NCBI GenBank assembly: GCA_964016885.1
Contig: OZ024759.1
Coordinates: 2,542,001 to 2,606,000, forward strand
From: Eledone cirrhosa
Taxonomy: Eukaryota
Reading direction: 5' to 3'
DNA: 64,000 bases
Position 1 is the stretch's first letter, and every line of letters begins with the position of its first letter. The notes beneath the pieces were generated by a model, which saw nothing but the letters and a program-made list of their open reading frames with translations, ran no database searches and was not told where the DNA came from. The translations under genes were made by a program, and so were the position numbers. Positions 12,136 through 25,000 of this stretch are shown piece after piece.

Positions 12136-15100
12136 CTGTTTCACCCATGTTTCTATCTCCTCACTAGTTGAGGTAACAAAGAGGTTAAAGTTCTGTTTCA
12201 CCCATGTTTCTCCCTCCTCACTAGTTGAGGTAACACAGAGGTTGAAGTTCTGTTTCACCCATGTTTCTACCTTCCTCACTATTTGAGGTAACAAAGAGGT
12301 TAAAGTTCTGTTTCACCCATGTTTCTACCTCCTCACTAGTTGAGGTAACAAAGAGGTTAGAGTTCTGTTTCACCCAAGTTTCTCCCTCCTCACTAGTTGA
12401 GGTAACAAAGAGGTTAAAGTTCTGTTTCACCCATGTTTCTCACCCCTCACTAGTTGAGGTAACAAAGAGGTTAAAGTTCTGTTTCACCCATGTTTCTACC
12501 TCCTCACTAGTTGAGGTAACAAAGAGGTTAAAGTTCTGTTTCACCCATGTTTCTCCCTCCTCATTAGTTGAGGTAACAAAGAGGTTAAAGTTCTGTTTCA
12601 CCCATGTTTCTCCCTCCTCACTATTGAGGTAACAAAGAGGTTAAAGTTCTGTTTCACACATGTTTCTCCCTCCTTACTAGTTGAGGTAACAATGAGGTTA
12701 AAGTTCTGTTTCACCCATGTTTCTACCCCTTACAAGTTGAGGTAACAATGAGATTAAAGTTCTGTTTCACCCCTGTTTCTACCTCCTCCCTAGTTGAGGT
12801 AACAAAGAGGTTAAAGTTCTGTTTCCCCCATGTTTCTCCCTCCTCACTATTTGAGGTAACAAATAGGTTAAAGTTCTGTTTCAGCCATGTTTCTCCCCCC
12901 TCACTAGTTTAGGTAACAAAGAGGTTAAAGTTCTGTTTCACCCACGTTTCTCCCTCCTCACTAGTTGAGGTAACAAAGAGGTTGAAGTTCTGTTTCACCC
13001 ATGTTTCTACCTTCCTCACTATTTGAGGTAACAAAGAGGTTAAAGTTCTGTTTCACCCATGTTTCTACCTCCTCACTAGTTGAGGTAACAAAGAGGTTAA
13101 AGTTCTGTTTCACCCATGTTTCTCCCTCCTCACTAGTTGAGGTAACAAAGAGGTTAAAGTTCTGTTTCACCCATGTTTCTCCCTCCTCACTAGTTGAGGT
13201 AACAAAGAGGTTAAAGTTCTGTTTCACCCATGTTTCTCCCTCCTCACTAGTTGAGGTAACAAAGAGGTCAAAGTTCTGTTTCACCCATGTTTCTCCTTCC
13301 TTACCATTTGAGGTAACAAAGAGGTTAAAATTCTGTTTCACCCATGTTTTCCCTCCTCACTAGTTGAGGTAACAAAGAGGTTAGAGTTCTGTTTCACCCA
13401 TGTTGCTATCTCCTCACTATTTGAGGTAACAAAAAGGTTAAAGTTCTGTTTCACCCATGTTTCTCTCTCCTCACTATTTGAGGTAACAAAGAGGTTAAAG
13501 TTCTGTTTCACCCATGTTTCTCCCTCCTCACTAGTTGAGGTAACACAGAGGTTGAAGTTCTGTTTCACCCATGTTTCTACCTTCCTCACTATTTGAGGTA
13601 ACAAAGAGGTTAAAGTTCTGTTTCACCCATGTTTCTACCTCCTCACTAGTTGAGGTAACAAAGAGGTTAGAGTTCTGTTTCACCCAAGTTTCTCCCTCCT
13701 CACTAGTTGAGGTAACAAAGAGGTTAAAGTTCTGTTTCACCCATGTTTCTCACCCCTCACTAGTTGAGGTAACAAAGAGGTTAAAGTTCTGTTTCACCCA
13801 TGTTTCTACCTCCTCACTAGTTGAGGTAACAAAGAGGTTAAAGTTCTGTTTCACCCATGTTTCTCCCTCCTCATTAGTTGAGGTAACAAAGAGGTTAAAG
13901 TTCTGTTTCACCCATGTTTCTCCCTCCTCACTATTGAGGTAACAAAGAGGTTAAAGTTCTGTTTCACACATGTTTCTCCCTCCTTACTAGTTGAGGTAAC
14001 AATGAGGTTAAAGTTCTGTTTCACCCATGTTTCTACCCCTTACAAGTTGAGGTAACAATGAGATTAAAGTTCTGTTTCACCCATGGTTCTCCCTCCTCAC
14101 TAGTTGAGGTAACAAAGAGGTTAAAGTTCTGTTTCACCCATGTTTCTACCTCCTCACTAGTTGAGGTAACAAAGAGGTTAAAGTTCTGTTTCACCCATGT
14201 TTCTCCATCCTCACTACTTGAGGTAACCAAGAGGTTAAAGTTCTATTTTACCCATGTTTCTCCTTCCTTACTACTTGAGGTAACAAAGAGGTTAAAGTTC
14301 TGTTTCATCCATGTATCTCCCTCTTTACTAGTTGAGGTAACAAAGAGGTTAAAGTTCTGTTTCACCCATGTTTCTCCCTCCTCACTAGTCGAGGTAACAA
14401 AGAGGTTAAAGTTCTGTTTCACCCATGTTTCTATCTCCTCACTAGTTGAGGTAACAAAGAGGTTAAAGTTCTGTTTCACCCATGTTTCTCCCTCCTCACT
14501 AGTTGAGGTAACACAGAGGTTGAAGTTCTGTTTCACCCATGTTTCTACCTTCCTCACTATTTGAGGTAACAAAGAGGTTAAAGTTCTGTTTCACCCATGT
14601 TTCTACCTCCTCACTAGTTGAGGTAACAAAGAGGTTAGAGTTCTGTTTCACCCAAGTTTCTCCCTCCTCACTAGTTGAGGTAACAAAGAGGTTAAAGTTC
14701 TGTTTCACCCATGTTTCTCACCCCTCACTAGTTGAGGTAACAAAGAGGTTAAAGTTCTGTTTCACCCATGTTTCTACCTCCTCACTAGTTGAGGTAACAA
14801 AGAGGTTAAAGTTCTGTTTCACCCATGTTTCTCCCTCCTCATTAGTTGAGGTAACAAAGAGGTTAAAGTTCTGTTTCACCCATGTTTCTCCCTCCTCACT
14901 ATTGAGGTAACAAAGAGGTTAAAGTTCTGTTTCACACATGTTTCTCCCTCCTTACTAGTTGAGGTAACAATGAGGTTAAAGTTCTGTTTCACCCATGTTT
15001 CTACCCCTTACAAGTTGAGGTGACAATGAGATTAAAGTTCTGTTTCACCCCTGTTTCTACCTCCTCCCTAGTTGAGGTAACAAAGAGGTTAAAGTTCTGT

Positions 15101-15615
15101 TTCCCCCATGTTTCTCCCTCCTCACTATTTGAGGTAACAAATAGGTTAAAGTTCTGTTTCAGCCATGTTTCTCCCCCCTCACTAGTTTAGGTAACAAAGA
15201 GGTTAAAGTTCTGTTTCACCCACGTTTCTCCCTCCTCACTAGTTGAGGTAACAAAGAGGTTGAAGTTCTGTTTCACCCATGTTTCTACCTTCCTCACTAT
15301 TTGAGGTAACAAAGAGGTTAAAGTTCTGTTTCACCCATGTTTCTACCTCCTCACTAGTTGAGGTAACAAAGAGGTTAAAGTTCTGTTTCACCCATGTTTC
15401 TCCCTCCTCACTAGTTGAGGTAACAAAGAGGTTAAAGTTCTGTTTCACCCATGTTTCTCCCTCCTCACTAGTTGAGGTAACAAAGAGGTTAAAGTTCTGT
15501 TTCACCCATGTTTCTCCCTCCTCACTAGTTGAGGTAACAAAGAGGTCAAAGTTCTGTTTCACCCATGTTTCTCCTTCCTTACCATTTGAGGTAACAAAGA
15601 GGTTAAAATTCTGTT
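8660..15615. repeat. 3,475-bp (61-monomer) tandem duplication, junction near 12,134-12,153
   Basis: A constant offset of 3475 links 8746/12221, 9486/12961, 10056/13531, 11024/14499 and 11764/15239. The private SNP GAGGTGAC is at 11547 and 15022 (difference 3475). Confidence 0.92.
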
Positions 15616-18600
15616 TCACCCATGTTTTCCCTCCTCACTAGTTGAGGTAACAAAGAGGTTAGAGTTCTGTTTCACCCATGTTGCTATCTCCTCACTATTT
15701 GAGGTAACAAAAAGGTTAAAGTTCTGTTTCACCCATGTTTCTCTCTCCTCACTATTTGAGGTAACAAAGAGGTTAAACTTCTGTTTCACCCATGTTTCTC
15801 CCTCCTCACTATTAGAGGTAACAAAGAGGTTAAAGTTCTGTTTCACCCATGTTTCTACCTCCTCACTAGTTGAGGTAACAAAGAGGTTAAAGTTCTGTTT
15901 CACCCATGTTTCTACCTCCTCACTGTTTGAGGTAACAAAGAGGTTAATGTTCTGATTCACCCATGTTTCTACCTCCTCACTATTTGAGGTAACAAAGAAG
16001 TTAAAGTTCTGTTTAACCCATGTTTCTCCCTCCTCACTAGTTGAGGTAACAAAGAGCTTAGAGTTCTGTTTCACCCATGTTTCTACCTCCTCACTAGTTG
16101 AGGTAACAAAGAGGTTAAAGTTCTGTTTCACCCATGGACCTAGCTCCTGACTAGTTGAGGTAACAAAGAGGTTAAAGTTCTGTTTCACCCATGTTTCTGC
16201 CTCCTCACTAGTTGAGGTAACAAAGAGGTTAAAGTTCTGTTTCACCCATGTTTCTCCCTCCTCACTAGTTGAGGTAACAAAGAGGTTAAAGTTCTGTTTC
16301 ACCCATGTTTCTCCCTCCTCACTAGTTGAGGTAACAAAGAGGTTAAAGTTGTGTTTCACCCATGTTTCTACCTCCTCACTATTTGAGGTAACAAAGAGGT
16401 TAAAAGTTCTGTTTCACCCATGTTTCTCGCCCCACACTAGTTGAGGTAACAAAGAGGTTAAAGTTCTGTTCCACCCATGTTTCTCCCCCCTCACTAGTTG
16501 AGGTAACAAAGAGGTTAAAGTTCTGTTTCACACATGTTTCTCCCTCCTTACTAGTTGAGGTAACAATGAGGTTAAAGTTCTGTTTCACCCATGTTTCTAC
16601 CCCTTACAAGTTGAGGTAACAATGAGATTAAAGTTCTGTTTCACCCCTGTTTCTACCTCCTCCCTAGTTGAGGTAACAAAGAGGTTAAAGTTCTGTTTCC
16701 CCCATGTTTCTCCCTCCTCACTATTTGAGGTAACAAATAGGTTAAAGTTCTGTTTCAGCCATGTTTCTCCCCCCTCACTAGTTTAGGTAACAAAGAGGTT
16801 AAAGTTCTGTTTCACCCACGTTTCTCCCTCCTCACTAGTTGAGGTAACAAAGAGGTTGAAGTTCTGTTTCACCCATGTTTCTACCTTCCTCACTATTTGA
16901 GGTAACAAAGAGGTTAGAGTTCTGTTTCACCCATGTTTCTACCTCCTCACTAGTTGAGGTAACAAAGAGGTTAGAGTTCTGTTTCACCCATGTTCCTACC
17001 TCCTAACTAGTTGAGGTAACAAAGAGTTTAAAGTTCAGTTTCACCCATGTTTCTACCTGCTCACTAGGTGAGGTAACAAAGAGGTTAAAGTTCTGTTTCA
17101 CCCATGGTTCTCCCTCCTCACTAGTTGAGGTAACAAAGAGGTTAAAGTTCTGTTTCACCCATGTTTCTACCTCCTCACTAGTTGAGGTAACAAAGAGGTT
17201 AAAGTTCTGTTTCACCCATGTTTCTCCATCCTCACTACTTGAGGTAACCAAGAGGTTAAAGTTCTATTTTACCCATGTTTCTCCTTCCTTACTACTTGAG
17301 GTAACAAAGAGGTTAAAGTTCTGTTTCATCCATGTATCTCCCTCTTTACTAGTTGAGGTAACAAAGAGGTTAAAGTTCTGTTTCACCCATGTTTCTCCCT
17401 CCTCACTAGTCGAGGTAACAAAGAGGTTAAAGTTCTGTTTCACCCATGTTTCTACCTCCTCACTAGTTGAGGTAACAAAGAGGTTAAAGTTCTGTTTCAC
17501 CCATGTTTCTCCCTCCTCATTAGTTGAGGTAACAAAGAAGTTAAAGTTCTGTTTCACCCCTGTTTCTATCTCCTCACTAGTTGAGGTAACAAAGAGGTTA
17601 AAGTTCTGTTTCACCCATGTTTCTCCCTCCTCACTAGTTGAGGTAACACAGAGGTTGAAGTTCTGTTTCACCCATGTTTCTACCTTCCTCACTATTTGAG
17701 GTAACAAAGAGGTTAAAGTTCTGTTTCACCCATGTTTCTACCTCCTCACTAGTTGAGGTAACAAAGAGGTTAGAGTTCTGTTTCACCCAAGTTTCTCCCT
17801 CCTCACTAGTTGAGGTAACAAAGAGGTTAAAGTTCTGTTTCACCCATGTTTCTCACCCCTCACTAGTTGAGGTAACAAAGAGGTTAAAGTTCTGTTTCAC
17901 CCATGTTTCTACCTCCTCACTAGTTGAGGTAACAAAGAGGTTAAAGTTCTGTTTCACCCATGTTTCTCCCTCCTCATTAGTTGAGGTAACAAAGAGGTTA
18001 AAGTTCTGTTTCACCCATGTTTCTCCCTCCTCACTATTGAGGTAACAAAGAGGTTAAAGTTCTGTTTCACACATGTTTCTCCCTCCTTACTAGTTGAGGT
18101 AACAATGAGGTTAAAGTTCTGTTTCACCCATGTTTCTACCCCTTACAAGTTGAGGTAACAATGAGATTAAAGTTCTGTTTCACCCATGGTTCTCCCTCCT
18201 CACTAGTTGAGGTAACAAAGAGGTTAAAGTTCTGTTTCACCCATGTTTCTACCTCCTCACTAGTTGAGGTAACAAAGAGGTTAAAGTTCTGTTTCATCCA
18301 TGTATCTCCCTCTTTACTAGTTGAGGTAACAAAGAGGTTAAAGTTCTGTTTCACCCATGTTTCTCCCTCCTCACTAGTCGAGGTAACAAAGAGGTTAAAG
18401 TTCTGTTTCACCCATGTTTCTATCTCCTCACTAGTTGAGGTAACAAAGAGGTTAAAGTTCTGTTTCACCCATGTTTCTCCCTCCTCACTAGTTGAGGTAA
18501 CACAGAGGTTGAAGTTCTGTTTCACCCATGTTTCTACCTTCCTCACTATTTGAGGTAACAAAGAGGTTAAAGTTCTGTTTCACCCATGTTTCTACCTCCT

Positions 18601-20905
18601 CACTAGTTGAGGTAACAAAGAGGTTAGAGTTCTGTTTCACCCAAGTTTCTCCCTCCTCACTAGTTGAGGTAACAAAGAGGTTAAAGTTCTGTTTCACCCA
18701 TGTTTCTCACCCCTCACTAGTTGAGGTAACAAAGAGGTTAAAGTTCTGTTTCACCCATGTTTCTACCTCCTCACTAGTTGAGGTAACAAAGAGGTTAAAG
18801 TTCTGTTTCACCCATGTTTCTCCCTCCTCATTAGTTGAGGTAACAAAGAGGTTAAAGTTCTGTTTCACCCATGTTTCTCCCTCCTCACTATTGAGGTAAC
18901 AAAGAGGTTAAAGTTCTGTTTCACACATGTTTCTCCCTCCTTACTAGTTGAGGTAACAATGAGGTTAAAGTTCTGTTTCACCCATGTTTCTACCCCTTAC
19001 AAGTTGAGGTAACAATGAGATTAAAGTTCTGTTTCACCCCTGTTTCTACCTCCTCCCTAGTTGAGGTAACAAAGAGGTTAAAGTTCTGTTTCCCCCATGT
19101 TTCTCCCTCCTCACTATTTGAGGTAACAAATAGGTTAAAGTTCTGTTTCAGCCATGTTTCTCCCCCCTCACTAGTTTAGGTAACAAAGAGGTTAAAGTTC
19201 TGTTTCACCCACGTTTCTCCCTCCTCACTAGTTGAGGTAACAAAGAGGTTGAAGTTCTGTTTCACCCATGTTTCTACCTTCCTCACTATTTGAGGTAACA
19301 AAGAGGTTAAATTTCTGTTTCACCCATGTTTCTACCTCCTCACTAGTTGAGGTAACAAAGAGGTTAAAGTTCTGTTTCACCCATGTTTCTCCCTCCTCAC
19401 TAGTTGAGGTAACAAAGAGGTTAAAGTTCTGTTTCACCCATGTTTCTCCCTCCTCACTAGTTGAGGTAACAAAGAGGTTAAAGTTCTGTTTCACCCATGT
19501 TTCTCCCTCCTCACTAGTTGAGGTAACAAAGAGGTCAAAGTTCTGTTTCACCCATGTTTCTCCTTCCTTACCATTTGAGGTAACAAAGAGGTTAAAATTC
19601 TGTTTCACCCATGTTTTCCCTCCTCACTAGTTGAGGTAACAAAGAGGTTAGAGTTCTGTTTCACCCATGTTGCTATCTCCTCACTATTTGAGGTAACAAA
19701 AAGGTTAAAGTTCTGTTTCACCCATGTTTCTCTCTCCTCACTATTTGAGGTAACAAAGAGGTTAAACTTCTGTTTCACCCATGTTTCTCCCTCCTCACTA
19801 TTAGAGGTAACAAAGAGGTTAAAGTTCTGTTTCACCCATGTTTCTACCTCCTCACTAGTTGAGGTAACAAAGAGGTTAAAGTTCTGTTTCACCCATGTTT
19901 CTACCTCCTCACTGGTTGAGGTAACAAAGAGGTTAATGTTCTGATTCACCCATGTTTCTACCTCCTCACTATTTGAGGTAACAAAGAAGTTAAAGTTCTG
20001 TTTAACCCATGTTTCTCCCTCCTCACTAGTTGAGGTAACAAAGAGCTTAGAGTTCTGTTTCACCCATGTTTCTACCTCCTCACTACTTGAGGTAACAAAG
20101 AGGTTAAAGTTCTGTTTCACCCATGGACCTAGCTCCTGACTAGTTGAGGTAACAAAGAGGTTAAAGTTCTGTTTCACCCATGTTTCTGCCTCCTCACTAG
20201 TTGAGGTAACAAAGAGGTTAAAGTTCTGTTTCACCCATGTTTCTCCCTCCTCACTAGTTGAGGTAACAAAGAGGTTAAAGTTCTGTTTCACCCATGTTTC
20301 TCCCTCCTCACTAGTTGAGGTAACAAAGAGGTTAAAGTTGTGTTTCACCCATGTTTCTACCTCCTCACTATTTGAGGTAACAAAGAGGTTAAAAGTTCTG
20401 TTTCACCCATGTTTCTCGCCCCACACTAGTTGAGGTAACAAAGAGGTTAAAGTTCTGTTCCACCCATGTTTCTCCCCCCTCACTAGTTGAGGTAACAAAG
20501 AGGTTAAAGTTCTGTTTCACACATGTTTCTCCCTCCTTACTAGTTGAGGTAACAATGAGGTTAAAGTTCTGTTTCACCCATGTTTCTACCCCTTACAAGT
20601 TGAGGTAACAATGAGATTAAAGTTCTGTTTCACCCCTGTTTCTACCTCCTCCCTAGTTGAGGTAACAAAGAGGTTAAAGTTCTGTTTCCCCCATGTTTCT
20701 CCCTCCTCACTATTTGAGGTAACAAATAGGTTAAAGTTCTGTTTCAGCCATGTTTCTCCCCCCTCACTAGTTTAGGTAACAAAGAGGTTAAAGTTCTGTT
20801 TCACCCACGTTTCTCCCTCCTCACTAGTTGAGGTAACAAAGAGGTTGAAGTTCTGTTTCACCCATGTTTCTACCTTCCTCACTATTTGAGGTAACAAAGA
20901 GGTTA
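14290..20905. repeat. Block of about 2.6 kb repeated at a 3,989-bp (70-monomer) offset (about 14290-16915 and 18280-20905)
   Basis: An offset of 3989 links 14499/18488, 15239/19228, 15616/19605 and 16400/20389. The copies differ by a few SNPs. Confidence 0.82.
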
Positions 20906-22090
20906 AAGTTCTGTTTCACCCATGTTTCTACCTCCTCACTAGTTGAGGTAACAAAGAGGTTAAAGTTCTGTTTCACCCATGTTTCTCCCTCCTCACTAGT
21001 TGAGGTAACAAAGAGGTTAAAGTTCTGTTTCACCCATGTTTCTCCCTCCTCACTAGTTGAGGTAACAAAGAGGTTAAAGTTCTGTTTCACCCATGTTTCT
21101 CCCTCCTCACTAGTTGAGGTAACAAAGAGGTCAAAGTTCTGTTTCACCCATGTTTCTCCTTCCTTACCATTTGAGGTAACAAAGAGGTTAAAATTCTGTT
21201 TCACCCATGTTTTCCCTCCTCACTAGTTGAGGTAACAAAGAGGTTAGAGTTCTGTTTCACCCATGTTGCTATCTCCTCACTATTTGAGGTAACAAAAAGG
21301 TTAAAGTTCTGTTTCACCCATGTTTCTCTCTCCTCACTATTTGAGGTAACAAAGAGGTTAAACTTCTGTTTCACCCATGTTTCTCCCTCCTCACTATTAG
21401 AGGTAACAAAGAGGTTAAAGTTCTGTTTCACCCATGTTTCTACCTCCTCACTCGTTGAGGTAACAAAGAGGTTAAAGTTCTGTTTCACCCATGTTTCTAC
21501 CTCCTCACTGGTTGAGGTAACAAAGAGGTTAATGTTCTGATTCACCCATGTTTCTACCTCCTCACTATTTGAGGTAACAAAGAAGTTAAAGTTCTGTTTA
21601 ACCCATGTTTCTCCCTCCTCACTAGTTGAGGTAACAAAGAGCTTAGAGTTCTGTTTCACCCATGTTTCTACCTCCTCACTACTTGAGGTAACAAAGAGGT
21701 TAAAGTTCTGTTTCACCCATGGACCTAGCTCCTGACTAGTTGAGGTAACAAAGAGGTTAAAGTTCTGTTTCACCCATGTTTCTGCCTCCTCACTAGTTGA
21801 GGTAACAAAGAGGTTAAAGTTCTGTTTCACCCATGTTTCTCCCTCCTCACTAGTTGAGGTAACAAAGAGGTTAAAGTTCTGTTTCACCCATGTTTCTCCC
21901 TCCTCACTAGTTGAGGTAACAAAGAGGTTAAAGTTGTGTTTCACCCATGTTTCTACCTCCTCACTATTTGAGGTAACAAAGAGGTTAAAAGTTCTGTTTC
22001 ACCCATGTTTCTCGCCCCACACTAGTTGAGGTAACAAAGAGGTTAAAGTTCTGTTCCACCCATGTTTCTCCCCCCTCACTAGTTGAGGTA
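18900..22090. repeat. 1,596-bp (28-monomer) tandem duplication, junction near 20,495
   Basis: An offset of 1596 (exactly 28 x 57) links 18925/20521 (CACACATG variant), 19228/20824, 19605/21201 and 20389/21985. Confidence 0.88.
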
Positions 22091-25000
22091 ACAAAGAGGT
22101 TAAAGTTCAGTTTCACCCATGTTTCTCCCTCCTCACTACTTGAGGTAACAAAGAGTTTCAAGTTCTGTTTCGCCCATGTTTCTACCTCCTCACTATTTGA
22201 GGTAACAAAGGGGTTAAAGTTCAGTTTCACCCATGTTTCTACCCCCTCACTAGTTGAGGTAACAAAGGGGTTAAAGTTCTGTTTCACCCATGTTCCCCCT
22301 CCTCACTAGTTGAGGTTAAAGTTCTGTTTCCCCCATGTTTCTCGCTCCTCACTATTTGAGGTAACAAAGAGGTTAAAGTTCTGTTTCACCCATGTTTCTC
22401 CCTCCTCACTAGTTGACGTAACAAAGAGGTTAGAGTTCTGTTTCACCCATGTTACTACCTCCTCACTAGTTGAGGTAACAAAGAGGTTAAAGTTCTGTTT
22501 CACCCATGTTTCTACCTTCCTCACTAGTTGAGGTAACAAAGAGGTTAAAGTTCTGTTTCACCCATGTTTCTACCTCCTCAATAGTTGAGGTAACAAAGAG
22601 GTTAAAATTCTGTTTCACCCATGACTCTTCCTCCTCACTAGTTGAGGTAACAAAGAGGTTAAAGTTCTGTTTCACCCATGTTTCTCCCTCCTCATTAGTT
22701 CAGGTAACAAAGAGGTTAAAGTTCTGTTTCACCCATGTTCCTACCTCCTAACTAGTTGATGTAACAAAGAGTTTAAAGTTCAGTTTCACCCATGTTTCTA
22801 CCTGCTCACTAGGTGAGGTAACAAAGAGGTTAAAGTTCTGTTTCACCCATGGTTCTCCCTCCTCACTAGTTGAGGTAACAAAGAGGTTAAAGTTCTGTTT
22901 CACCCATGTTTCTACCTCCTCACTAGTTGAGGTAACAAAGAGGTTAAAGTTCTGTTTCACCCATGTTTCTCCATCCTCACTACTTGAGGTAACAAAGAGG
23001 TTAAAGTTCTGTTTCACCCATGTTTCTACCTCCTCACTAGTTGAGGTAACAAAGAGGTTAAAGTTCTGTTTCACCCAAGTTTCTCCCTCCTCACTAGTTG
23101 AGGTAACAAAGAGGTTAAAGTTCTGTTTCACCCATGTTTCTCACCCCTCACTAGTTGAGGTAACAAAGAGGTTAAAGTTCTGTTTCACCCATGTTTCTAC
23201 CTCCTCACTAGTTGAGGTAACAAAGAGGTTAAAGTTCTGTTTCACCCATGTTTCTCCCTCCTCATTAGTTGAGGTAACAAAGAGGTTAAAGTTCTGTTTC
23301 ACCCATGTTTCTCCCTCCTCACTATTGAGGTAACAAAGAGGTTAAAGTTCTGTTTCACACATGTTTCTCCCTCCTTACTAGTTGAGGTAACAATGAGGTT
23401 AAAGTTCTGTTTCACCCATGTTTCTCCTTCCTTACCATTTGAGGTAACAAAGAGGTTAAAGTTCTGTTTCACCCATGTTCTCCCTCCTCACTAGTTGAGG
23501 TAACAAAGAGATTAAAGTTCTGTTTCACCCCTGTTTCTACCTCCTCCCTAGTTGAGGTAACAAAGAGGCTAAAGTTCTGTTTCCCCCATGTTTCTCCCTC
23601 CTCACTATTTGAGGTAACAAAGAGGTCAAAGTTCTGTTTCACCCATGTTTCTCCTTCCTTACCATTTGAGGTAACAAAGAGGTTAAAGTTCTGTTTCACC
23701 CATGTTCTCCCTCCTCACTAGTTGAGGTAACAAAGAGGTTAGAGTTCTGTTTCACCCATGTTGCTACCTCCTCACTATTTGAGGTAACAAAAAGGTTAAA
23801 GTTCTGTTTCACCCATGTTTCTCTCTCCTCACTATTTGAGGTAACAAAGAGGTTAAAGTTCTGTTTCACCCATGGACCTAGCTCCTGACTAATTTAGGTA
23901 ACAAAGAGGTTAAAGTTCTGTTTCACCCATGTTTCTACCTCCTCAATAGTTGAGGTAACAAAGAGGTTAAAGTTCTGTTTCACCCATGTTTCTACCTCCT
24001 CACTATTTGAGGTAACAAAGAGGTTGAAGTTCTGTTTCACCCATGTTTCTACCTTCCTCACTATTTGAGGTAACAAAGAGGTTAAAGTTCTGTTTCACCC
24101 ATGTTTCTACCTCCTCACTAGTTGAGGTAACAAAGAGGTTAAAGTTCTGTTTCACCCATGTTTCTCCCTCCTCACTAGTTGAGGTAACAAAGAGGTTAAA
24201 GTTCTGTTTCACCCATGTTTCTCCCTCCTCACTAGTTGAGGTAACAAAGAGCTTAGAGTTCTGTTTCACCCATGTTTCTACCTCCTCACTATTTGAGGTA
24301 ACAAAGAGGTTAAAGTTCTGTTTCACCCATGGACCTAGCTCCTGACTAGTTGAGGTAACAAAGAGGTTAATGTTCTGTTTCACCCATTTTTCTACCTCCT
24401 CAATAGTTGAGGTAACAAAGAGGTTAAAGTTGTGTTTCACCCATGTTTCTACCTCCTCACTATTTGAGGTAACAAAGAGGTTAAAAGTTCTGTTTCACCC
24501 ATGTTTCTCCCTCCTCGCTAATGAGGTAACAAAGAGGTTAAAGTTCTGTTTCACCCATGTTTCTCGCCCCACACTAGTTGAGGTAACAAAGAGGTTAAAG
24601 TTCTGTTCCACCCATGTTTCTCCCCCCTCACTAGTTGAGGTAACAAAGAGGTTAAAGTTCAGTTTCACCCATGTTTCTCCCTCCTCACTACTTGAGGTAA
24701 CAAAGAGGTTAAAGTTCTGTTTCGCCCATGTTTCTACCTCCTCACTATTTGAGGTAACAAAGGGGTTAAAGTTCAGTTTCACCCATGTTTCTACCCCCTC
24801 ACTAGTTGAAGTAACAAAGGGGTTAAAGTTCTGTTTCACCCATGTTCCCCCTCCTAACTAGTTGAGGTAACAAAGAGGCTAAAGTTCTGTTTCACCCATG
24901 TTTCTACCTCCTCACTAGTTGAGGTAACAAAGAGGCTAAAGTTCTGTTTCACCCATGTTTCTACCTCCTCACTAGTTGAGGTAACAAATAGGTTAAAGTT

